This document shows positions 57,500-64,000 of a DNA stretch of 64,000 nucleotides, piece by piece. Position 1 is the stretch's first letter, and each line of letters opens with the position of its first letter. The notes beneath the pieces were generated by a model. The model was not told the DNA's origin, did no database searches, and saw nothing but the letters and a program-made list of their open reading frames with translations. The translations under genes and the position numbers were made by a program. The stretch covers positions 130,150 through 194,149 of the forward strand of contig CALHYX010000029.1 in the NCBI GenBank assembly GCA_938041035.1, read 5' to 3'. The stretch comes from an uncultured Acidimicrobiales bacterium. Lineage in GTDB: Bacteria > Actinomycetota > Acidimicrobiia > Acidimicrobiales > SHLQ01.

Positions 57500-57560
57500 T
57501 CGAAAAATCGCTCATTCTTCGCGCCGTGGTCACTCTGGTGCCAGGCACCAGAGTGGCCAC
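57500..57560. repeat. palindromic intergenic element, copy B
   Basis: TCGAAAAATCG lies at 57500-57510. 57526-57560 is a 17+1+17 palindrome (gtggtcactctggtgcc a ggcaccagagtggccac) with one G-T mispair. The core CTGGTGCCWGGCACCAG and the box-to-centre spacing (33 vs 34 nt) match copy A. Confidence 0.85.
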
Positions 57561-57680
57561 GGGGCAAGAATCGCCAAAATTCTGCTCGTCGGGGCCGACG
57601 CTATGCACACGCCGTGACATACCCCGCGCCGGTGGCGTGTCTCGAAGGTTGTGGGCGAACCAACAACCGGGAGATTCATC

Positions 57681-58670
57681 GTGAAGAAGCTACTGACCGC
57701 GCTCGTGACCATCGGGTTGCTCGCCACACTGACCGCCGCCGCGCCGGCATACGGTCGATCGCCGACCGACTGCTGGGCGGGCACCGTGCCCGCGGGGGCG
57801 CTACCCGGACAGCCACCGCCGGTGTTCTGCTCGCTGGCCGATGCCGCCGACCGAACCCGGCGCAATCGCCCGAACGGTTGGGTCGACGACTTCGATCACG
57901 GGTTGTCGTTCGCCACCTTCGATGGAGCCGGATACCGGGTGTACGACAACATCGGCGCGACCCATCAGTCGGTGCACTGGCGTCACGCCGACCACTGGAT
58001 GGTCGACCTCGCCCCCGATCCGGCCGCCGACCCGTCCGGCCAGTCGGTCGGCGGGGCGCTCATGCGGCCCCGTAGCGCGTTCCGTTTCACCGAGGACGAA
58101 ACCTTCAGCGTCGAGGCCGGGTTCGCCGCCGGAATCGAGTCGTACAACTCCGGGGCCATCGGCACCGCGTGGGGCGAGATCGTCGTCACGACGCGCGGAC
58201 GCCCCGACGAAACCGGACGCCACAACGCGCTCTACGGCTACGACTACTTCCCCGGCCACTACACGTTGGGCTGTCGCTTTCAGCCCGACAGCAACGTGGT
58301 CTGTTCGCTGATGGACAACACCCGGCGCGGCCTACTCGAGGGCGGCCGCGTGTGGGAGATGTCGTTCTTCCAACCGGTGGGTACGACGCTGTTCGGCGGC
58401 AGCGACTTCGTCGGCGACGGCGATGTCTTCGCCGAATGCGGGCCCGGGGACCCCGACAGCGTGTGCCGAAGCCAATGGCGCCTCGAACTCACCCGCACAT
58501 CGTTGCGGGTGCTGATCGACGACCAGCTGTACTTCGAACAAACCGGGATTCCGCCGCTGCCCGACGAGTTCGTCGACGGTCGCCTGTTCGTCTACGCCGG
58601 CTCGATGGCCGGCCGCCACGAATCCGACGTCATCCGCTTCCACTGGGACCGGCTGGCCGTAAACCAGTAG
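57681..58670 (+). CDS. secreted protein, paralogue of the extracytoplasmic domain of 55335..56333
   Basis: The GTG at 57681 is preceded by GGGAGA. The signal peptide is KKLLTALVTIGLLATLTAAAPAYG. Blocks shared with the anti-sigma-position protein are W.EIVVTT, GCRF.P, RVW..SFF, T.FGG, WRL.L....LR and YFEQTG.P.LP, plus four conserved Cys. Confidence 0.7.
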   Translation: MKKLLTALVTIGLLATLTAAAPAYGRSPTDCWAGTVPAGALPGQPPPVFCSLADAADRTRRNRPNGWVDDFDHGLSFATFDGAGYRVYDNIGATHQSVHWRHADHWMVDLAPDPAADPSGQSVGGALMRPRSAFRFTEDETFSVEAGFAAGIESYNSGAIGTAWGEIVVTTRGRPDETGRHNALYGYDYFPGHYTLGCRFQPDSNVVCSLMDNTRRGLLEGGRVWEMSFFQPVGTTLFGGSDFVGDGDVFAECGPGDPDSVCRSQWRLELTRTSLRVLIDDQLYFEQTGIPPLPDEFVDGRLFVYAGSMAGRHESDVIRFHWDRLAVNQ

Positions 58671-58737
58671 GCCGGACGCCGACGACTGGCAGGCGTGCCC
58701 TGGGAGGCGACGGACCTCCCGGGGTAACGTCAATGTC

Positions 58738-59550
58738 ATGGTCAGCGATGAACGAATCGAGCGAACGGCCGAACATCTCGGGGCACGTGTGCGCGGTGTC
58801 GACCCGACCACGATGGCCGCCGACGAGCTGTCGGCACTCCTCGCCGAACATCACGTCCTGGTGTTCGACCCGTGCGGCCTCGACGACGCCGACCAGCAGG
58901 CGCTGCTCGACACCATCGGCGAGGCCTACATCCATCCGCTCGCGCTCCTGGTGGGTGCCGATACCGCTCGATGCGGCCACATCGTCGACGACGCCGACCA
59001 CCCGCCGTATCAGGACGGCTGGCACACCGATGTCACGTGGGACCCGAACAAGCCCCACATCGGCAGCCTCCGGGCCATCGAGATGCCACCGGGCCTCGGC
59101 GACACCGTGTGGGCCAACATGCACGTCGCGTACGAAGCGCTGAGCGATGAGCTGAAGCGTCGGATCGAGCCGCTGACCGCCGTGCACGGCATGGGCGTCG
59201 GCACCGCCTTCATCACCAAGACCAGCGCCGAACTGGTCGATCGCGCCCGCGAGGCCTACCCCGGCGTCGAGCGACCGGTGGTCGGCACCCACCGCTCAAC
59301 CGGACAGCCGTACCTGAACGTGAACTCCGCCTTCACCGAGCGCCTGGTCGGGCTCGACCCCACCGAGGGCGACGCCTTGCTGGCCGAGCTCTACGCCCAC
59401 ATCGCCGACGAACGTTGGCACTACCGGCACGCCTGGACCGAGGGCGAGCTGGTGATCTGGGACGAAGAGTCAACCCAGCATCGAGCCACCGCCGAGCATT
59501 ATCCGCAGCGGCGCGAGATGTCGCGCTACGCCATCCGACAGCCGGCATGA
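58738..59550 (+). CDS. TauD/TfdA-family Fe(II)/2-oxoglutarate dioxygenase
   Basis: The HxD iron motif sits in WHTDVTWDPNKPHIGSLRAIEMPPGLGDTVWANM. The C-terminal block is VIWDEESTQHRA. Confidence 0.88.
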   Translation: MVSDERIERTAEHLGARVRGVDPTTMAADELSALLAEHHVLVFDPCGLDDADQQALLDTIGEAYIHPLALLVGADTARCGHIVDDADHPPYQDGWHTDVTWDPNKPHIGSLRAIEMPPGLGDTVWANMHVAYEALSDELKRRIEPLTAVHGMGVGTAFITKTSAELVDRAREAYPGVERPVVGTHRSTGQPYLNVNSAFTERLVGLDPTEGDALLAELYAHIADERWHYRHAWTEGELVIWDEESTQHRATAEHYPQRREMSRYAIRQPA

Positions 59551-60458
59551 TCCGCGCCATCGGCCGTTCCCTGCGCTCCATCGTCACCGACGACATGACG
59601 ATGCTGGCGATCCCCGGGTTCTTCGCCACGATGGGGCTCGAGTACGCCGCGCTTCGCCGCAACCGCGACGCGCTGGTCGACATCGGCGACCCGACGACGG
59701 AGTCCAACGTCGATCGCCCGCTCGGCTACGAGACCCGCGACACGCTCGCCAGCCTGGCGATGGGCACCGGCATGTTGGCCGTCGGCGTGGCCGCCGCCAA
59801 CGTCCTCCAACCGCTCGATCGGTGGTTGTACGGCAAACGGATGGCGTCGCTCGGTGCCCGCCGACTCGGCTTTGTCGGCGCGGTCGTCGCGTGGGACTTC
59901 TTCTACTACTGGGATCACCGGTGGGGGCACGAGCATCGGCTGTTCTGGGCCGCCCACGTCAACCATCATTCGAGCCAGCGCTACAACCTCAGCACGGCGC
60001 TGCGGCAGTCGTGGACCGGCGTGATGATGCACTGGGTTTTCACCCCGATGTTCCTGATGGGCTTCACCCCCACCCAGGTGGCCAGGGCCGGCGAGCTCAA
60101 CCTGCTCTACCAGTACTGGGTCCACACCGAGGCGATCGACAAGCTGCCGGCCGCGGTCGAGTCGGTGTTCAACACCGCCTCGCACCACCGGGTGCACCAC
60201 GGCGCCAACCCGCAGTACCTCGACCGCAATTACGCCGGCATCTTCATTATTTGGGACCGCCTCTTCGGGTCGTTCGAGCCCGAGGGCGAACGGGTGCGCT
60301 ACGGGTTGACCAAGAACATCACCAGCCACAACCCCGTCCATGTCGCCTATCACGAGTGGGCGGCGATGATTCGCGACGTGGTCGGCGCCGACACGTGGCG
60401 CGACCGAGTGGGCTTTACCCTCGGGCCACCGGGCTGGTCGCCGGTCGCGGCCGCCTAG
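59547..60458 (+). CDS. sterol desaturase / fatty-acid hydroxylase superfamily membrane protein
   Basis: The ATG overlaps the tauD-like stop (ATGA). The His boxes are HRWGHEH, HVNHHSS and HHRVHHG. There are 3-4 TM helices. Confidence 0.85.
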   Translation: MIRAIGRSLRSIVTDDMTMLAIPGFFATMGLEYAALRRNRDALVDIGDPTTESNVDRPLGYETRDTLASLAMGTGMLAVGVAAANVLQPLDRWLYGKRMASLGARRLGFVGAVVAWDFFYYWDHRWGHEHRLFWAAHVNHHSSQRYNLSTALRQSWTGVMMHWVFTPMFLMGFTPTQVARAGELNLLYQYWVHTEAIDKLPAAVESVFNTASHHRVHHGANPQYLDRNYAGIFIIWDRLFGSFEPEGERVRYGLTKNITSHNPVHVAYHEWAAMIRDVVGADTWRDRVGFTLGPPGWSPVAAA

Positions 60459-60467
60459 CGGGTCCGC

Positions 60468-61364
60468 TTACGCGCTTCGAAGCTGACGCTTCAGGACCCC
60501 GGCCCGTCGGCGGGCGCCGCGGAGTTTGCGTTTCGAGTACCGGCGGGCGTTGATCGATCGCCGGGTGAGGTCCTCGGGGAGCCGACGAAGTACCCGATCC
60601 GGGCGCGGAATCGTGCGGGCGAGGGGACGGCACACGATGACGCTGTTGCGATACGCCTTGTCGATCGCCATGCTCGGCCGGCGAATCTCCGCTGCGAAGC
60701 CGACCTCGCTCAAGACGTCGAGCACATCGAGCCCGAAGTCGGTGAAGACCAGACTGGGTTCACCCCCCGGGCTCTCGTGATACACCGGCTCCAGGTCGTG
60801 AACCACCTCGCCGTCGATGATCGCGCACCGGGTTACCGACTTGGGCCGGGGCGGCCACGGGAACGGCACCGAGAAGATGTGGACGCCGTCCGGGCGCAGA
60901 ACGCGGTGTACTTCCGAGAACGCCTTCGCCGGGTCGGGTACATGTTCGAGCACATGGCTGCTGGTGACCAGGTCGAATCGGTTGGCCCCGAACGACAGTC
61001 GAAGAAGGTCCTCGTTGCGATGCTGACCCCGGATCTCGCCGGGTTCGGCGTCGACCACGTAGTTCGACTGGGTGTAGTCCTCCAGCCGGGCCAACCACTT
61101 GCGGGTATGACCACCGATACCGACGTTGTAGACGGCCTTGCCGGCAAAGTTTGGATCGGCGATCAACGAGCGCATCGACAGATGGGCGCCTCCGCCAAAG
61201 ACCTCCACGATCGCGGCTGCCTCGTTGCGAAAGCGAAGCGGCGCGTCACATTCCGGGCAGGCGTACGCCCGGGCGATCAGGAACGCGGGTGCCTCTCCAA
61301 AGGCAAACTCTCCGACGGCTCCGCAAAGATTGCAGACGCCGCTGTATGCGGGTTTGGACGTCAT
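60468..61364 (-). CDS. class I SAM-dependent methyltransferase with N-terminal Cys4 zinc-ribbon and basic C-terminal tail
   Basis: The Cys4 pattern is CNLCG...CPEC. The Methyltransf_11-like block is FDLVTSSHVLEHVPDPAKAFSEVHRVLRPDGVHIF. The tail is RRSINARRYSKRKLRGARRRAGVLKRQLRSA. There are three in-frame ATGs (61403, 61391, 61364); the last has the best RBS. Confidence 0.8.
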   Translation of the reverse strand: MTSKPAYSGVCNLCGAVGEFAFGEAPAFLIARAYACPECDAPLRFRNEAAAIVEVFGGGAHLSMRSLIADPNFAGKAVYNVGIGGHTRKWLARLEDYTQSNYVVDAEPGEIRGQHRNEDLLRLSFGANRFDLVTSSHVLEHVPDPAKAFSEVHRVLRPDGVHIFSVPFPWPPRPKSVTRCAIIDGEVVHDLEPVYHESPGGEPSLVFTDFGLDVLDVLSEVGFAAEIRRPSMAIDKAYRNSVIVCRPLARTIPRPDRVLRRLPEDLTRRSINARRYSKRKLRGARRRAGVLKRQLRSA

Positions 61365-61466
61365 CGCTCTTTCCCGTGGTCCTGTTGCCATCCCGCCGAC
61401 CATGACCGATGGTACCGACCGCCACCCGCGTCAGCCAGAGGGCCGTTCCTTGAGGACTCCTGTCGT

Positions 61467-62807
61467 CTATTGCTCCTCGCCGAGCGACAGATTGAACCGG
61501 GTCCTGGCGACCTCGCCGGTCGCGACCAGTTCCGATTCCGCCCGGGCCGACGCAAAGATGCCTTTCGCCATCAGCGATCGCTCGGCTTTGCGGCGCGCCT
61601 CATAGATCTCGGCGCGCCGCCCGTGCACCGAGACCGAGGTCGGTTCGGCATCACCGGCGAACTGGGCGAGATGGCAGGCCAGCCGGTGTTCGCCCGCTTC
61701 GCTGAGCTCCTGCGCCCGGGCGATCAGTGCCTCCGCGCCGCCCGCGAGCCTGGCCAGCTCCGCTGCCAGATCGGCATCCGGCGCCGGCTTCAGGCGCGCC
61801 GGGTTGCCATCCCACCAGCCGCCGTAGAGCCGCCAGATATTGCGCACCACGAACTCGGGCTCGTCATAGAGCGGACGCAGGAACGGCAGGGCCAACACGT
61901 CGGGGTCGACCCGAACCGAGTGGACGATCGCGTCGAGCGGGGCCCCGGAGTTCATGGCGTCGAGCACGTCGGCCACGAGGGTTTCGAGCGCCGTGGCCGA
62001 AACGTCGAGGCACATGCGGATGCGCTCGAAGCCGGCGATGGGCAACCCGTGGGCCGGGACCAGCAGTTCGGGCTCACAGGCGATCATCGCTCGCAGCGCT
62101 TCGGCCCACTCGCTCGGGTACCGCTGCACTTTCTGCGGATTGCCGCAGTTGGGAAAGTTCCACATGAACAGGTCGCCGCAGCTGATCATCTTGAGCGCCG
62201 GTATCCACGTCCAGGTGTGGTCGTCGGTCTCGCCGCGGGCGTGACGGAGGTCGAACTCGAGCCCGCCGACGCTCTCGCGATGCGTGTCGGTGTAGGTGAG
62301 GTCCGGGCGCAGAACCTCAGCCGGCAGAAACCGAGCGTCACCGCCGACACCCACCTCACCGACCGGGGAGCGGGGCACCCCGCCGAACTGTCGGAGGTTG
62401 ATGGCCAGGTTGTAGCCGTTGGTGAGGTCGTATCGGTCGAGCCGGGGCGTGACCGCCTCGTGTCCGATGACCCGCGGGGCCGGTCGCCCCTGAGCCTCGG
62501 CCTCGACGGCGAAGGCCGGGCTACCGCCAACGTGATCGGCATGGCCGTGGGTGTACACCAGGCTGTGTACCGGGTCCGAGCTCCAGGTGCGGAGGGCTCC
62601 GACCACCGCTGGACCCTTCCGTTCGCTGCTGCTGTCGAAGGCGACGAGGCCATCGTCGGTGCGCACGGCGACGACATGGCTGAACGACTCGACGATGGCG
62701 ACACCGTCGGCGATCTCGCTCAGCTCTTCGGTGATCCGGTTCGATGGTTCATCGGTGATCCGCTCGTCGATGAGGCGGGCGGCAAGATCGGTAAGGGATT
62801 CGCTCAT
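61467..62807 (-). CDS. MBL-fold alkyl/aryl-sulfatase-like hydrolase lacking the SCP2-type C-terminal domain
   Basis: The metallo-beta-lactamase motif is YTHGHADHVGG. The alkyl-sulfatase dimerisation-domain block is LRPLYDEPEFVVRNIWRLYGGWWDGNP. At 446 aa it ends before where an SCP2 domain would sit. The start is ATG at 62807. Confidence 0.8.
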   Translation of the reverse strand: MSESLTDLAARLIDERITDEPSNRITEELSEIADGVAIVESFSHVVAVRTDDGLVAFDSSSERKGPAVVGALRTWSSDPVHSLVYTHGHADHVGGSPAFAVEAEAQGRPAPRVIGHEAVTPRLDRYDLTNGYNLAINLRQFGGVPRSPVGEVGVGGDARFLPAEVLRPDLTYTDTHRESVGGLEFDLRHARGETDDHTWTWIPALKMISCGDLFMWNFPNCGNPQKVQRYPSEWAEALRAMIACEPELLVPAHGLPIAGFERIRMCLDVSATALETLVADVLDAMNSGAPLDAIVHSVRVDPDVLALPFLRPLYDEPEFVVRNIWRLYGGWWDGNPARLKPAPDADLAAELARLAGGAEALIARAQELSEAGEHRLACHLAQFAGDAEPTSVSVHGRRAEIYEARRKAERSLMAKGIFASARAESELVATGEVARTRFNLSLGEEQ

Positions 62808-62808
62808 G

Positions 62809-63849
62809 TCAGGCTCGCGTCCGCTTGGCCGACCAGTGACTCGTCGCGCCGGCCTTGGCAAAGCGCGGCGGACGGTCCTCGTCGGCCAGGACATCGGTGG
62901 CCAACCAGAGTCGCTTCAGGAATCGCACCCGGCCGCTCTCGGGGTCGTCGACGTAGGACCGACGCCCGTGGAGCACGTGGTAGTTGTTGATGAATTGGGC
63001 GTCGCCGGGGGCGAAGGTCATCTCGACATGGAAATCGGGGTTCTTCACAAACGCGTCGTATGCGTCCATGGCCTCGAGCTGCTGGTCGGTGAGGCGCGGC
63101 GCATCGTCGTGGCGTTGCGACGCCTGGATGTACGGGCGGATGTAGCGCACGAACAGCCGGTCGCCGTGGCGGGTGAAGGCGGGCACGAAATAGAAACCGC
63201 GACCCCCTTCGGCCTGCTCACCGCGGAAGTCGTACGGGAGCGGCTCGTACAGCACGGCGGCGAGATCCGGACGGGTTCGCACCAGCTCGTTGTGGGCGGC
63301 GAGCGCATTGGAAATCATGCTTTCGCCACCGCTCACCCCCGTCTGCAGGCACAGGAGTCCAACGAGGTCGGATCCGTCGCTGTGAAAGGTCTGGCCAACA
63401 CCGCCGAGCTCGTTGCCGCGAGCGGTTGGGTCGTCCGGGCTCTTGCCCTGATCGCGCACGTCGCCAAGCAGATGACCCTTGACGTTCTGCGGCCATGGCA
63501 CACCCAGGTGCAGGCCGATACCCCAGTACATCCAGGACGCATCATCATGTCCGACCCGTTCGACCGGGATGCCGCTGATTCGGGCGAAGCCGCGACCGTC
63601 GATCAACTCTCGCTCGATGCCGCGCAGGATCGGTCCGAGGGTCGGTAGCGGAAAGTCGCCGAGACGAACGTCGAGCACTTCGTCGTGCGCAGCTCGGGCG
63701 ACGGCGAGCGCGGCGTCGAGTTCACCGACCTGGTCGGGGTCGAGCACCAGGGTCCAGGCCGATGCGTCGGCGACATCATCCGCCCGCCACTCGGCATGGG
63801 TCTCGAGCGGCGCGACCTCGGCCGCCGTCATCGTCGGTGCGTCGGTCAT
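62809..63849 (-). CDS. TauD/TfdA-family Fe(II)/2-oxoglutarate dioxygenase (second, divergent member)
   Basis: The HxD motif sits in QTFHSDGSDLVGLLCL. The C-terminal block is FINNYHVLHGRRSY. The start overlaps the upstream stop (ATGA at 63846-63849). Confidence 0.8.
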   Translation of the reverse strand: MTDAPTMTAAEVAPLETHAEWRADDVADASAWTLVLDPDQVGELDAALAVARAAHDEVLDVRLGDFPLPTLGPILRGIERELIDGRGFARISGIPVERVGHDDASWMYWGIGLHLGVPWPQNVKGHLLGDVRDQGKSPDDPTARGNELGGVGQTFHSDGSDLVGLLCLQTGVSGGESMISNALAAHNELVRTRPDLAAVLYEPLPYDFRGEQAEGGRGFYFVPAFTRHGDRLFVRYIRPYIQASQRHDDAPRLTDQQLEAMDAYDAFVKNPDFHVEMTFAPGDAQFINNYHVLHGRRSYVDDPESGRVRFLKRLWLATDVLADEDRPPRFAKAGATSHWSAKRTRA

Positions 63850-64000
63850 CGGGAGCCTCCCGGGGTCGACGCGGTCGAGGGTTCCGGTCGGGCGCCGCGG
63901 ACCAGGCGGCCCGGTAGGGCCTCGGTGGGTTGGCCGTCGCGATAGGTCTCCACGCCCGCGCAGAAGGTGTGGCGGTAGCCGCTTGCCCGCTGAAGCATCC
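63846..64000 (-). CDS. 3' end of a gene running off the window; C-terminus resembles D-aminoacylase-type amidohydrolases
   Basis: The reverse-strand translation is ...MLQRASGYRHTFCAGVETYRDGQPTEALPGRLVRGARPEPSTASTPGGSR*. The pattern V..RDG..TG.LPGR.VR is typical of N-acyl-D-amino-acid deacylase C-termini. Only 51 codons are visible. Confidence 0.45.
   Translation of the reverse strand, partial: MLQRASGYRHTFCAGVETYRDGQPTEALPGRLVRGARPEPSTASTPGGSR

Overview
Dense, visibly high-GC chromosomal segment with a strong G/C preference at third codon positions. The gene content looks like Actinomycetota (F420-type LLM oxidoreductase, Pro-rich RDD protein, ECF sigma, BY-kinase polysaccharide locus); the taxon is inference only. 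I support about 57 CDS. Many are translationally coupled through ATGA, GTGA or TGATG overlaps. I saw no rRNA, tRNA, CRISPR array, transposase, integrase or phage genes.

Layout:
- 1-9.6 kb: MFS transporter, amt plus a coupled 68-aa ORF (no glnK), a RecQ helicase with a ComF-like tail, a secreted hydrolase-like lipoprotein, and an ACT-malic enzyme.
- 9.7-19.7 kb: cell-surface polysaccharide locus with five or six glycosyltransferases, a Wzx-like flippase and a Wzz/BY-kinase.
- 20-28.2 kb: tldD/pmbA, convergent with a five-gene peptide/nickel-type ABC importer.
- 28.6-36.8 kb: two divergent catabolic-looking operons (SDR, amidohydrolase, DUF362, TIM-barrel, 2-hydroxyacid dehydrogenase, an unknown 550-aa protein, an F420 LLM).
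- 36.8-45 kb: ABC-2 exporter, threonine dehydratase, an FMN oxidase / AAA+ / PLP-decarboxylase operon, NUDIX, ADH.
- 45-53 kb: sulfotransferase, MIP channel, an AroK-ArsC fusion, aroQ, beta-carbonic anhydrase, RDD protein, AKR, cN-II-like nucleotidase, SDR.
- 53-58.7 kb: cupredoxin lipoprotein, an ECF sigma with a membrane partner carrying an unrecognised 4-Cys domain, and a secreted paralogue of that domain next to a TetR unit.
- 58.7-64 kb: organosulfur-type cluster (two TauD-family dioxygenases, a truncated alkylsulfatase-like MBL, a sterol-desaturase-like protein, a Zn-ribbon methyltransferase).

Most worth a second look:
- the AroK-ArsC fusion coupled to an aquaporin;
- the RecQ-ComF-like fusion;
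- the ECF-linked paralogous 4-Cys domain;
- a two-copy palindromic intergenic element (TCGAAAAATCG, then about 15 nt, then a 17-18 bp hairpin with core CTGGTGCCWGGCACCAG);
- amt coupled to an unknown small protein instead of glnK.

I found no complete, clearly novel multi-gene system such as a defence island. All family calls rest on motifs read by eye. No database search was run.
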